DNA of 63,028 nt, filler included, from Lenisia limosa (lineage: Eukaryota; Protista; Breviatea): NCBI GenBank assembly GCA_001655205.1. It is 9 parts of 9 records of this genome, joined end to end, with 100 filler letters (N's around TTAATTAATTAA, not from the genome) between each part and the next. Parts side by side here need not be neighbours in the genome. Positions count along the whole stretch, not along the records: positions 27,566 to 49,248 come from LPNZ01007066.1; 8 more parts are not named here. One strand, 5' to 3'. Shown here piece by piece: positions 35,300 through 48,863 of this stretch. Position 1 is the first letter of the stretch. Every line of letters begins with the position of its first letter. Both the position numbers and the translations under genes were made by a program. The notes beneath the pieces are model-generated. The model was not told where the DNA came from, searched no databases, and saw nothing but the letters and a program-made list of their open reading frames with translations.

Positions 35300-37203
35300 C
35301 TCTTCCAATGGCAGAAGACCACTAAATGCTGGATGGAAATGATTTTCCAGCTGATCTTGACCCTCGTGTTTTGGAAAAACGGAAGGACTAAGGCGAATTA
35401 CCTACCCCCACCCCCCCAGGTTCTAACGCCACTATTTGCGATAGTCTTTCTCAACTGCTCTCCCGAAGCCACTCTGAAGTTTCCGTTTGTGAGTTATACA
35501 TTTTTAGGGGAGACAACACAAAGAGGAGCACATCGTCGGAGGTGTTGTTATTCGTTTGTCAGCCTGATGTGTTCGTTATTTGATATCTTAGCACTCGACA
35601 GCTTCTTGTTAACTAACCCTTGTGTGACACGTCAGTCTTTGTCGTGTCAACGATGTTGTTGATGAATGTGAACTCCGCCAGTTTTTGGACTCTGACGTTG
35701 GCGACGGTGACACTGAAGGATGAAACCTAAGGTTGTAGTTGGAAAGGAAGCATCACCGTTACTTCTGTCACTCGATAATATGAGGTATGTATTACATTAT
35801 CCCATTCATCATGCAGAGAGAACAGGATGACAATGCGACAGACTGTATTTGCTGCCCCTCCTGTTTTTGCTTTCTTAAACAGTGCAGGCTTTGCAGATTA
35901 TGATAGAGATTAACTTGAATCCCTGCTTGACAATAATTCTTTCACGAGATATTCATCACTGACCAAGGTGTCATTTTCTATGACTCAAATCTTTAAATAC
36001 GTGAGACTGTTGTAGGTGTCAAGGCGCTGTTGATGTCAAATCTCCATAAAGAGGCCGCGAATTTAGACGACAGTTTACCGATGTAACCCAGTGTGCCGGA
36101 GGCTTAACACCAGAGTGGGCTTCTGGGTTAACTGGTTTTAATTTCAGAACTATATTAGTGTTGGGCAATTGTTATTGATATTTGTCAAAAGTCAAAAAAT
36201 ATTTAATATTCTTCGTACATTTTTGGAAAAATATAACATTCCCGTCAAAATTATTGGGTACAAATTCCATGAAGCCCACATCCAACAAACGAGATTAAGA
36301 AATTGGAGAAAAGAAAAAGTAGAATCAAGAAAAAGTCGTCATTGGTGAGAAGGGAAATTGATGTAAATTTGTAAGATAGTGAAAAAGTTCTATGGTTTCA
36401 GCATTTCATCCCAGTGCCATACAAGGAGAGACGCAAAAGCCGCACGTATTCTTGCTGAAAGTCCAGGAAGAATCTCCCCATTGATATAATGGGTATACTC
36501 CTAAAACAGATTAAAGAAACTCAGCAAGAGAGGCAATAACACCCTCCTACTTCATTTGCTCTGAAGAATGTACCTCTTGAAGCTTGTCTAAGGATCTTTG
36601 CGCAGAGCAGAAGACCCGGACGGTGTGATGATGCTATCATCATAAGAGAAAAAAAATGTCCCAAATAAAATACCCAGAGAGTAACAGCAAAAAAGAGTAT
36701 CTCCGCCGCAAACATGAAGATGCCAAAAAGGGACAGATGCTCTTGTCAACAAGAAGTTCCAGCAAAAATCGGATTGGGAAGTCAGCGGGCTCTTCAGCAG
36801 GGCTAAGAAGAGTAAGAATAACAAAAAAGAGGGAAAATTTATCGGTCAAGAAGAACGCAGAAATTGAGCTATTTCTAATCATAGGGTACCCATCAGAATT
36901 ACTGGATTATTAAAAACACCTTTATTTTCACCGAAAAAAGCTCAAATGTCCAGAGGAAACACCATTTACTCCAATAAGTACAAGAAATTCATCAGAACTG
37001 CAATAACCAACTCCCCCAAGCAGCCCTCTGACCATTCCGAACTGAGTGACACCCCGGATGCAACGTGCTGGAGTCCAGGGGACATGGCTCGCGCTGTGTC
37101 CGGCGATTTGGCAGAGATGGACGAGAACCCGAAGGAGGCAGACTGGGACTATTCGGTTAAATGTCACAAAAACAAGGGAAAGAGGAGAATCACAGAATTT
37201 TAA
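35300..37203 (+). CDS. Uncharacterised spliced gene or pseudogene
   Basis: Multiple AG/GT-bounded blocks (LCRVNDVVDECELRQFLDSDVG; terminal ORF 36946-37203), but some frames contain stops. Confidence 0.3.
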
Positions 37204-37339
37204 CGGTTGTAAATAAACGGCTGAATTGGATTGACTGAGGCCTAATGAAGAAAATATTTTAGATCGCTAAATTGCATTTCTATGATAATTGATAATATTC
37301 TGAAGGACGTCAGTCGTTTTAAGGATCAAAGGCTCACTC

Positions 37340-39560
37340 CACTTACCGATTTGGCAGATGATTGAGGGGAGAGAGATGTGGACGGTTTGTTGACGATGGG
37401 AGCCGGGGCTGAAGTCTTTTTCTTGGGCGTCTGGGGGTCAAACTGTTCATATGCCGGTAAAGACTAAGAGAAAATTGTAAAGGTGATATCAGACAATTCC
37501 AAGTCAAACCCAACCCAAAGCAAACTGTTCGGCGTTGTCGAAAACAACCAACCGTAGTTTCTGGTTTGGGAGGGGCATCCTGGGCCATTTGGCGAAGAGT
37601 CTCAACTATCGAAACGGCAATGGACAAGAAAGACCTGTGCAATGAGGGAGTGACGGAAAACGAATTTCTACTACTGCTTACATACCCCCCCTGCCCTTAC
37701 GGAGAAGGATCGGCGCAAAGGGACTCGACCACGTCAACGACTGAGGAAACAAACTTTAATGTTCCCACAAACTGGAGTGGGATATCGGAAAGGGAAACAT
37801 GGGGCAGCTGGTCCTAAAGAGTGATAAATAACAATTCGCCAAGCAATGCTATTCATTTCATATTATATTTTAATATTGCTGTCAATGGCATTTTCCAGCG
37901 TCACAAACCTCAGTTGCCAAGTCCCCGAGCTCCAAGAGTCGAATCAAGTCCGATATGAGAGACAGCCATGCCTCAGACTCACACTATTGTGTCAACAGTG
38001 TGAAGCCCGTTCAAAGTTTTCTCATGTGTATGGTTGATATCATATTAATAAAGCGAGAGACCCAAACAGAATGCCATCGTACCTGAATTATATTCTGCAG
38101 TAGCCGGCCAAGAGGCTTAGATGCCGAGCCGCGAGAGATTAGCTCTAAAGTTCAGTAAAATGTGACTGAAAAAGAGAAAGTAGAATTATTAGCAGTACAA
38201 ACACTCAAAAGAAAAAAGAAGAAGAGGAAAGAGATAAAAAAAATAGTTTGTAGTACTGCCAACCTTTATCACTCTTCAGCCCAACAGATGCCAAAAGTGC
38301 GGCAGATCCAGCTCCATAATAAAGCATAACCTAAGGGTGGTAAATAAGACAGTAGCACCTGAGTGATAAATAATAAATAAATTCCTATCAGAGTAGGAAA
38401 AATGAAAGATTAAACATCATACTGTTGTGTACCAAGGTAACATGTTTGAAAACAGGCAACAACCGTACCAGAGTTGATGTGAGGTTTCGGGACTCGTCAA
38501 GGGAATCGGCTTGGAGGAGGGCGTGTATCAAGGGCTCATTGATATCCTCCATATGGAGTGCCTGAGGAAGGCGTAAACACTACCATGTTGCTTTTATTCT
38601 TCTTGTTCTTCTTGTTATTGTATACTCTTCTTTCTATGTGATATTGGTAAGATTCAACGACACGTAACTGAGTGTGAAGACGAGATGCACTTTTGAAGCT
38701 AAATCGTGTTTGGTAATATATTTTTTGAATTGATTCTTTACACCAGAACGCTATCCTTAGGTAAACACACCTTAATAATGGACATTGGAAGGAAATTTGA
38801 GCAGATGGTTTGGATGGCCTCCGCACACGACTCATTTTCGTGCATCTGGAAGGGGAGGCTGTCTCCTGAAAGTCAATGTGGGGCTTGCCAAAAGTAAAGA
38901 TGTCCTAGATTTTCTTCCCTTCCACCCTCCCCCAGAAAAGAAATAATAAGAGAAAAAGTGAAAAGTAGAAAGCAAAAAAAAGGAGTTGTAATGATCACCT
39001 TACTCAGAAAGCTGCTGTAAATAGCACAGCTACCCCACCTTGCGAAAGATGTTTGATAATCTCGATGGTGAACTCGTGAAGAGCCAGGCTCTCTGAACGG
39101 CAATATCGTACAAGCAGCCCGGGTCCCGGCGGCGCTTCTTGCAGGTATTTCAAGGAAAGGAAGGGGTCAGCAGTGGGGTGGCGTGCCTGGGACAGTTATC
39201 CAAGAGGGGGGCTTGATGTTGTGGTACCCGTTTTCCAACCGTTGGCATTGAGGGGGCTGGTGAAGGTGATGCAGTTTTGGTAGTTAGTTCTACCAACGCC
39301 GTGCAAATATCCGGAAAATGAGAGTGTGTCAGGCTATTGATCTGAAGGGTCAATAATGATGGTAGAATAATACCTGGGCTGGGGAGTAAAAATTTAAGAA
39401 ACAAAAAAAAACCCAAATTAACTCTGTTGGCTTAACACTTGAGAAACACACGAGCGGAAAACACAGCCTGTCGCTAACCTGTGCAGGGGAGAGGAATGTG
39501 CCCGAGACTTGACAGATGCAGCCGTAGCCTGTCCAGCCCCGTGTTGTCGTATCCATCGTC
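37340..39560 (-). CDS. Uncharacterised multi-exon gene
   Basis: Exons such as DGYDNTGLDRLRLHLSSLGHIPLPCT (39560->39479) and EAPPGPGLLVRYCRSESLALHEFTIEIIKHLSQ with GT/AG ends. Confidence 0.35.
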
Positions 39561-40079
39561 TGCAATGTCAACAAAGGGTTTATGTTTAGAACGTATGTAT
39601 ACATCTTGGTCAAGAAAAAAAGAAGCTCAAGCTTGAGAGGCAGCATATCATCCATCTGATATATATCACATGACATGTATGATACAATATACAATAGATA
39701 AGTTTCCCTTCAGTCAGTAAAAGACCAGTAGAATTCTGATAGTTAACGAGGAGTTATCGAGAAATTCAGTCTTTTTTGGGACCGAAAAAAAGCCCTAATT
39801 ATACATGTACTACATAATATAGATTATCTTCGCATCATAGCATGCAGCCCTGAGTCCTACTTTGAGGGGCAAAACTGACGCTGGCATTGGAGGGAGGTTG
39901 GTGGCCCCTGCCTGACCCGCTTCGGATACAACTACAAGAACGTTTCCTAGGGTACCGTCATTCTAGATTTTCAAGTCTCTTGAATTGATATTTTGAAGAA
40001 TTAGAGTTAAAATGATATGATAGCAACCCAAAGCTTTCTCAAGCACTATTATCAGCAATAATATGCATCCCACATTTCA

Positions 40080-40930
40080 TTAATTACCTGAGCATGCCCA
40101 CCAGAATGCGATAGTTGACATAGTTACTGTTGTATCGACCCCCACTTACCCAATTCTTCGAGAATTTGTAGAATGATAGAAGGTGGATTAACTGGAGAGT
40201 GATCAGCACATTATAACGGGAAATACGAATATGGGTTAGAACCCGAAGCGAATAGACCCATTAAAATCCTCCTTTCATACCCTTTAAGAAGCCATATAAA
40301 ACGGGGTTTGACAAGATCGTCATTGTCATAAAACTGACAGGCAGCCATGCCAGCGATGAAAACCTACACGAAACATAAAATAGGATTAAAAAGTAGACAA
40401 TATCAGCATAAAACTACAACATTTACTATTCATAAAAATACATAAGCTTTTTAAAACAAACGACGATGGGCTGGGTCTGATTATACTAGTAGTATATTAT
40501 ACTACATTCATATTTGAACATTGTAAAGAATAAATAATATATAAAAAAAAATATATATACACTTTAGCGTACCTTGTTGATGGGTACCGACATATTGAAG
40601 CACCCTGAATCGCAGACACCAGTGCACCAAAAGCGCTACGCTGTGAAAAATGTACCCAGAAGAAATAATAATTCAATAATAGTATGATATGATATGATTT
40701 GTACCAATAAGCAATATAAAGTGGAGAAAAAAAAACAACAAAAAAAAAGCACTCTTGTAGGGTGATTAAATTATCAAATTTTGGAAGTAAGGGGGTAGTT
40801 TTTTGAATTACTGTAAAAAAAAAGAAAGCTGTAAAAGGTTTAAAAGGGAGAGTTTGTTATTTGCCCTTTTGAGTGCTTTTCCTCTAGTACGAAGGACCCA
40901 GCCAGGACTCATCCACGCTCGCGTCTCAAG
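40080..40930 (-). CDS. Possible uncharacterised spliced gene
   Basis: GC-richer blocks with ag|..|gt boundaries (40645->40572 etc.); no domain recognised. Confidence 0.2.
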
Positions 40931-41967
40931 AAGAATAGTATAAAGTTACCTGACATTCAGGATAATAGCATAGAGTGGAGTCTTAGACAATATGTTGGAG
41001 TCATCGAAGGGAAGGTGTTACGCGTTTGTACCCAAGAAATAGAAGAGTCAGTGCAAGCTCTTTCGATATTTCTACGATATCAGCTTTATTCAGCTTTCCC
41101 ATAGGTACAACAGTTGCTTTCCATCCATTCATCCTGTTTTCAAATTGGCAAGGCTGTTGAAAAAGCGCCAAATCCCCCCCCCCCCNNNNNNNNNNNNNNN
41201 NNNNNNNNNNNNNNNNNNNNNNNNNNNNNNNNNNNNTTTTCGATGGATTATGTAGGCCTTAGTTTGGCTAAGGTATCTTTTGAGGGTCGAAGCACTCAGT
41301 ATGCCCCATTTTTGGTATTCACATTAAAAACAAATACACTCTGTGTTGTTATATTTCTGAAGATTTTGCCAATGGAGGGACTGGTGAGCGTTGAGGAGAT
41401 GTTTGGCTGTGAGTCACAACAAAAGGCGACGTTCCGGCCGCTCTTTCGGAGACCAGAACTCTAATTTGAATTGTTACAATGTTTTGGATATCAATTTCGT
41501 CGGAAGGCAATGGTATTTCAAGGAAATTGAAGAATTTTATTATTAGTATAAAAAACATAAACAATTACTAATACTTTATCCAACGAGAAAAGAGGGTGAA
41601 ATTTCACGTTTTCTGGGTTAAAAGAGGTATATGCCACCCAGGAATGCTGGGAATCGTACCAAGAATATTTGCGAGAAAAAAACAACAATTAAAAGCGGGG
41701 TTAAAGTTAAATGGCCTTTTTTGGATTTTTCTTAATATTATCAATTCTAACAATTTTTCCAGAGATACCCATTTTCACTCTTCTAAAAGACTAAAAGACC
41801 GCTGAGAAAGGAAAAAAGGGGGATGTGTGCGAAAAGCTTTATATAAGTTATAAGTGTTGTTTGGAAACGGGTTAGGCGATTGACAACTCTTAAATGAAGA
41901 GAACAGAGAGACAAGTAAAAAGAAGGGTGATCACAAAAGAAGAAAGAGAATTCCTTTTTGTAAAAAA

Positions 41968-42005
41968 ATGACCACTCCGGGGTTCGAACCCTCGACCTCG
42001 AGCCC
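41968..42005 (-). pseudogene. 3' half of a tRNA (T-arm, acceptor 3' strand, oligo-T terminator); Arg-like, 5' half absent
   Basis: Minus strand GAGGTCGAGGGTTCGAACCCCGGAGTGGTCA-TTTTTTT; no matching 5' strand or D-arm upstream. Confidence 0.55.
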
Positions 42006-42039
42006 AAAAACAGTCTGGAAACGATCTTAAGAGTAAAAA

Positions 42040-42215
42040 AAGACAGAAAAAAAAGGAAGAAGGGAAAGGAAGCAAAAAAGACAAAAAAAGGAAGAAGGGA
42101 AAGGAAGCAAAAAGGAAGAAGGGAAAGGAAGCAAAAAGGAAGAAGGGAAAGGAAGCAAAAAAGACAAAAAAAAGAAGCAAAAAGACAAAGAGGCAAAAAG
42201 ACAAAGAGGCAAAAA
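42040..42215. repeat. Purine-rich short tandem repeats between tRNA-Gly and the tRNA fragment
   Basis: AAAAAGGAAGAAGGGAAAGGAAGC (24 bp) about 4 times and AAAAAGACAAAGAGGC (16 bp) twice. Confidence 0.85.
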
Positions 42216-42286
42216 TGCATCGCCCGGGAATCGAACCCGGGTCGCGACGATGGCAACGTCGAATTCTACCACTGAACCAGCGATGC
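42216..42286 (-). tRNA. tRNA-Gly(GCC)
   Basis: GCATCGC TG GTTC AGTGGTA GAAT T CGACG TTGCCAT CGTCG CGAC CCGGG TTCGATT CCCGG GCGATGC A; full cloverleaf, followed by T5. Confidence 0.97.
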
Positions 42287-42339
42287 TACAAAAACAAGTA
42301 AGTAATTTTCATTTCCGATAATAGTTTGTTTCAGAAATT

Positions 42340-44090
42340 CTTCCACCTCGCATTTGCTCCTCCCTATTGTCCACTCCGCCGCCGCTCTCCTATGTATCTT
42401 TTTTATCTTTGTTTTACTGAATGTTTTTACGGTAAATACATTTTTTGTCCTTTCAAAAGCTTTTCAGTTGATCATGAATGCGCTCTTATTCCCATCTCAG
42501 GAGACCAAGAAGAGAGCCATTTCGGCTTGCCGCGACACCTGTTGACCTTTCTCGCCTGCCACCACCAGAGCCTGGCAGCAGGAATCTGCCCTTGCCTCAA
42601 GGAGGACATGAGATCCCTCCTCGACTCCANNNNNNNNNNCTCTTTCATTCTCGATGCAAGTTTTTTCGGAAATATCGAAAAAGCTGCCGCTATCCACCCG
42701 GACACCATCTCCCCACACTGCCCTCCACACCAGGAATCTCTCCGCCACCTGCTCTCCGTTTGCCAACATCCAACAATGGTCAACTTAAGGCGGGAACAGA
42801 GACCAAGAAGAGAGCCATTTCGGCTTGCCGCGACACCTGTTGGCCTTTCTCGCCTGCCNNNNNNNNNNNNNNNNNNNNNNNNNNNNNNNNNNNNNNNNNN
42901 NNNNNNNNNNNNNNNNGCCAAATGCCATCCTCGACCACTCACTCCGGGTCTGGCAAACCCGCTGTGACCTCTTGGAGGAGGGGGCTGGCCCTCCCAGCAG
43001 ACCAGTTGCGGTCCCTAAAAGCCCCCACATATCCGTCGTTCCGGGAGTACCTGACGTACCTCACCTCCCACCACCACCTTTGTCTTCCAACCTCACCCAT
43101 AACCACCCTATCAACTTGACCTTTTCTTTCCCTCATACCTCCTTCGATTTACAACAATGTGATAGGTGAAACCCATAAAACGGTTTGCACTCCAAGTGCC
43201 CAAATCACCCGCCGCGTCACCACAGAAGCAATCACCATCCCGCCGCCTCGCTCTAGTCTGTTTACCCGCTGCCCAGACCGCCCACCGCTCCGCTCCAAAA
43301 GAGATCACCCTCCCTCCAGTCCGTCCCTGTCCACTCCGCCGCCACTGAGAGTGGAGATAGNNNNNNNNNNACAGACCTTGATCCCTGGGCCCTCGCCAAC
43401 ACCTGTCCTACCATTGTCGTACTCCCTATCACCTTCATTTTCACCTTTGCCACCCCCATCACCTCCAATTCCTAAACCTCTACCGCGCAGCCTCCGACCC
43501 CGGACACCCACGGACATCGACTTTGACATCGCCAGCGGGGTCATCACGGGCAACCTCACCACCCGCCCGATCATGACCTTCCATGGCCCCACATGTCCGT
43601 CGTTCCGGGCGTACCTGACGTACCTCACCTCTCACCACCTCACTAACCTCACCTTTGTTCCAGCCTCACCCATAACCACCCTACCAACTTTACCCCTTCT
43701 TTCCCTCACCTCCACCTATTCGATTTACAACAATTGAATATCATCCGCCGCCGCTCTCCTATGTATCGTTTTTATCTTTGTTTTACTGAATGTTTTTTTG
43801 ATAAATATATTTTTTGTCCTTTCAAAAAAAACGCGTATTTAACGAGTATAGCCCCTTCATCGCAACTAGATCCCTTCTTGACTCGAAGCCCTCAGCAAAC
43901 TGCCATTTCTCCTCCTTTATACCCACTGCAGATGTGGTAAGCCCGTTGACCTGCTTGAGGAAGGTGCCATCAGTGTCAGACCACCATCAGTACCACCACC
44001 ACCCGACCATGAACTTCAAAGGCCCTACATGTCCATCGTACCTCACCTCCCACCATCTTAACAACTACACCTTCCTCTTCCGTCCGTAAA
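42340..44090 (+). mobile_element. Stack of decayed, 5'-truncated non-LTR (L1-clade-like) retrotransposon 3' ends
   Basis: C-rich island with internal duplications. Translation shows (S>C)PHCPPHQESLRHLLSVC (zf-RVT-like CCHC, 42710-42763) and RVWQTRCDLL (WxxRN/C, ~42945-42975). A shared ~85-nt 3' UTR ending in an A-run occurs at 42376-42457 and 43745-43831. Confidence 0.65.
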
Positions 44091-44403
44091 AATGTAAAAA
44101 GGCTGTAACAAAGTATCCATTTTTGTGGAGTTCTGTTTCTGTTGTATTTTATAGTAGTAACTGCCAGATCTATATGATTCTAGTTTCATTAGAGACTTGG
44201 GTGCAAAAACAACTTTTAAATACTATGTTTTTAATAGCTTTAATTTATCTTAATTGCAAAAAAAGTAAATAAAAACAAGGTGGCCGAAGCAGTCAACCCT
44301 ATTTTTGAAAAAGAATACCAATCGTGTGCAGAATAAACAATATAAAAAAAAAATCAGAGAAATTCTCCAAAAAAGGAAATAATCCTGATTAAACAAAAGC
44401 AGT

Positions 44404-47400
44404 TCACCTGCTCTTTACAACAGAAAAGTTCAAAACGCTCACCTCGACACCAAATGAGATTCGTTTGGAAGAGTCTGGAGGGCATCCTGAATTGGTCTGG
44501 GGTGCACAACAATTTCTACAGCGTAATCTCCGAATCCAATCTAAAAATGTAGCAGATGAACACTCGTTAAAGCCCCACTCCCTCACTTTCAATAAATCGT
44601 CGTTCATGTTGCAGGGTGGCTTCTCTGAATGCCACTCGGATGTTTGGAACATTCGTTTGCCTGGTACCTGTATCGTCACAACATAATGGCAAAGGAAATC
44701 ACTTACAATTTCCTTCTTCGCCCTTCTTAAGATACTGTGCCCCGAGCCAGTGAGATTTTGTCACGTGGTCAAAGCCTGACTGCAGGACACTGTTTCGAGC
44801 TGATGGGGTAAGTGCACGGAAATACAAGACATTATGCAAACATCAAATAACATATAAGAGGACAATTGACAACTTCATGTTCACCAACCAATTTCGCAAA
44901 TGTCAGTACTGGAGAGTCGCCAAAGCTGAGAAGCAAAGGAGTACTCCTGAAGCGTAAAGGTCCAAAATATACCGAGTAATCTTGTTATCAAGAGCAAGCG
45001 CGGCATCCAGAAGAACAACATACTTCCATGAGGGGTTCTTTTGTGAGATGGAACTGAAGAGGATCGTCGGTGGACAACGAAATGTTTAGTCCGCGTCCAA
45101 AGAATTGCTAAACAGTAAGTCTGGGGAGTTACAAGTGGGTTGGCATATCCGTGTTTTTTTCGATATCCTAGACTTTACCGTATCTTGTTTTCAAAAAGAT
45201 AATCCACAATTGGCACAAGTCGAGCATACTGGGAAGGGGCTTTTGTTGAAGGCTACAAAGAGTTTGTTGTTGGAGAGGGGTGACATGGCAATTCCAATCT
45301 GCTCTACATAGTATCTAAACAATGAAATAATGCGCAAAGATAAAACAGAATCATCAAATTACTCACAGGTATTGCAGAACTGGCGATCTGTGGAGGTTCA
45401 GTCCGTGGTTGATTCCACCTGAGGTCAACTATGGGGGGGGGGGGGTAATATAAGAATGTACATTGTCGATTTTCTTAGTGAGAGCTTACGAACGCAGCAC
45501 CCAAATGGTCCACAGCACCAGCCTCTCCAGAATGGGGACGGAGAATGAATGGCGCTATTGCGTCAGTGCAAATTCTCGATTTTAAACATGATAAAACAGT
45601 ACTTCACGAAGCTTACACAGTTGGGCCTTCTCCCTCATGAAGTTCAAGGTGTAGAGGTTCATGCACATGTCTAAAGTGTAACGAGGGACGAATATCAATG
45701 AAACACTCACAACAGAGGTAGTAGGAGTATGGCGGGTTCTTTCTCATCGCCCATTCCTCAGGGATAGGGAACTTTTGGAATATTTTCGGTTCTGCTTGGC
45801 TTTCATCATCCACTGAGTCAAAGGCCACAACCTGGGGGTGCACGGTGAAAACGTGGGATTATTGATATCCCGGACCCTTGACTTCAGAAGCAAACCCCTA
45901 TCATGCCAAACTAACATGAAGCAAGAATCGATAGAGGTTCGGGTCCACTTGGGGGTTTGCAGTCACTTCGAAGAGAGGCTCAAATATGTCTAGAAAAGTG
46001 AACACGGAATCAAGACTTTGACTGATAAACCTGAAAAAGAAAAGGTCCTATTCTAATTGATGAGACAGAAGCCAAGTCCCCCACTTACTGGCAAGCATTT
46101 CCTCAAAGTTCTTAATAATCCCTGATCTGAAGAGTTCAAAAAGAAGAAGAGCAACAAACCTCTTGTAGATGTGGTACAGCCTCGGGACCTGAATGACCCA
46201 TCGAACCTATGCAATGAGCAAAGAAATGACATTTTATACAATGAGGAAAGAAATGCCATTTTATGCCACTTGCAGCCACGCATACATTTTCACTGTACAA
46301 GTTGTTGTCAGCAAACCACTTTGCCAACTTTGTCCACTCATCACGTGACCTGAAATGTAACAAGAGCGTCCAATGATTGTGGTTCCCCCCCCCCCCTTNN
46401 NNNNNNNNNNNNNNNNNNNNNNNNNNNNNNNNNNNNNNNNNNNNNNNNNNNNNNNNNNNNNNNNNNNNNNNGTGTTGTGATAAAATGGAGTTTTTTTGGT
46501 ACCGAAGTGAAACCCACCGTCCATAGATGCTGATTCGATACTCCGCCATTTGGTACTTATTGGCAGCATGATCAGCAAGCACTTCCTTGGTGATTTCTGC
46601 AAGGTACTTCCCTAAGTGGTAAATCCGTCTCTGCCTTCGTGATGTTACCTTGAATGAAATTGTCCGTTTTGAGGAAGATTTCTCTGAGAAGACTCACGCC
46701 AATGGGGTTGTATCTGAATAGTGAACTGTCAGCCTCAGTAAAGATTTTTTAAAAATCCAATAGGACACAGGAGCTCAAATATTTTGGGGTATTCATAGAT
46801 CAGTTTATTTCTACCTGGAATTGAAGACATCGAATCGTTGGAATGTTGATTTGTCCGCCTGTGTTCGTCAAAGTAAGGGCTTTTGGGATGAGGAAAATTG
46901 CCAAAAGGAAAATCTATTGTGATTCGAAATCATCCAAAACCCCCTCTCACGTGCATGCCAAGATGGTCGACACTCAAATCAAAGGGGTTGATTTCAAGGT
47001 TTTTAAAGACCTGGGGGATGAATATCAAACGTAAAACAAAATATCTGTGATCCCATATCATATTGATTATAGTCAGGAACCAAAAACTCACAAAAACTCA
47101 CCTCATCAAGGGTTATTTCACGGTTTTCGTGTTTCTAGACAGTCAGTTTGAAACATAAGATCAGCCCTACCGTTCCATTTTCTTTGTCCTCCCCGATCTC
47201 AAACGCCACCACGTCATCTCCATTATTCTTCGCTTTTCTCTTCATAAATCTGGGAATCAAGAATGAAGCAATGATATAATACAACACAGTTGAAGGCCTA
47301 TTGCATTTCATACCTGAGAAGGTGCTTTTGGTTCATACAGGCTGAATGGTGGACATGAGTGTCGACTTTACGAACGTTGTAGAAGTCTCGGTGAGGAACA

Positions 47401-48863
47401 ACCTACACATTAACAACGCTCATGAAGCTTTTTCTCTTCAACTCAAATTTGACCAAATGATATCAACAATTCAATTTTATTGTAATATTTTGAATATGCC
47501 AGGATGGGGAGAAATAACAGCCCAAACCTTCAACTGGTTGGCTTCTGATTTGCTGTTCATCAAAACGTGCTGGTTATACTTTGAGTCGAGGAGACGAAGG
47601 CGATGGTAGGCAAAAGATCGACAGGTCCCGTTATCGCTGCAGTGTCAAAGGAGAGCAAAAAGAAGCCAAGTAAAACGGAGATGCAGCTCACTTGATTTTC
47701 ATGAGGTCATTAAGGTCTCTGTAGAACTCATTGAGAGAAGGCCGAGTGAGGTACTTCTTTCCTTGGCGATGTAAAATGGAACAACTTAAACATACACAAA
47801 AAAGAAGCAACAGCTGTACATCAAATGTTAAAGAAGGCCCAAGAACACTTACCATTCATATCGAAAGGAATGAAGACTCCGTTTACCATATGGTAGTGAA
47901 ACTAAAAAGAGTGAGCTTTTAAAACAATCATCAACCTACACACCTTGATTCTCTTCATATCTTCAGGAGCCACGTCCATGGGCATTGGGAGGGGTTCAAG
48001 TTCTCCATCTACATCACACTTGGACCCTTGATGGTCAAGAAAGGTGTTGTGTTAAGTTATTGTCACACTATTCGCACATCCCTAGACCTTTGCTGGATTC
48101 AGGCTCGGTAGGGACGTAGAGATACTTCTGCCGGAATTTCACTGCAATTTGGAAGAGCTCAGCAACGTTCACACACTCCATATCCTGGATAAAATCTGAC
48201 AAGTGAGGAAAGATCAGATAGTCACCACTACCAACCAGGTTCTTCAATGTGAATCCTGGAGTGAGTCGTTGAGCTAACTTGCAACTGCTCTTGGAATTTC
48301 TTTTCTTTCTCAAACTGGAGGATAATTTATTATTATCATAAATTTCAAAGATATGAGCAGACCTCACTCCCCTCACGGTTCCCATTTTTTGGAGAGCGCC
48401 CGAGCATTCTCTGTTCTTGCTGTTGATGCCCCACTGAACGGTCATGTCCAGCTCGTCTACAGGGTCAGCACAGTTGAGGAGAAGCAAAACCACAAACCAA
48501 GATGCGATGCGAGGTCCATTTCATCCTCGTCGTCGTATTCATCCTAGAGTAATGATAAATGGAACTCAAATCCACTCAACACAATCCATCGCAATCCAAT
48601 TCAACTACCAAGAAAGGAAGACGGAGCTTACAGATTCACCTAAATGGTCAATGAAGTACAATAATGAAATCTGTAGAGATTGAACTATTCCGCCACCCAC
48701 CATTGATTGCATCATCGCACATGGAGTTGCCATATTCTAAACTTGTCACAGAAGATTCAAGTACTGAAAAACAAAACACTGTAAACAAGACAAAAAAATT
48801 CAGAAAAGACGAGTTCCAACCTGAGGCAGCGCTTATTCCCCCAATGTGGTTCAATGAGTTCAT
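44404..48863 (-). CDS. AMPD: AMP deaminase (start and stop approximate)
   Basis: Exons [94 protein letters not shown] match conserved AMPD blocks. Confidence 0.95.

Noticed and set aside
35303-35390. Reassigned TAA codon (MAEDH*MLDGNDFPADLDPRVLEKRKD*)
   Set aside because: Well-supported genes end in TAA (cathepsin) and TAG (HSP60, p47) and have no in-frame stops; wrong frame or pseudogene is more likely.
41783-42272. Hydrophobic F/L-rich ORFs in the ORF track
   Set aside because: They are translations of the purine/pyrimidine tandem repeat and overlap the tRNA gene.
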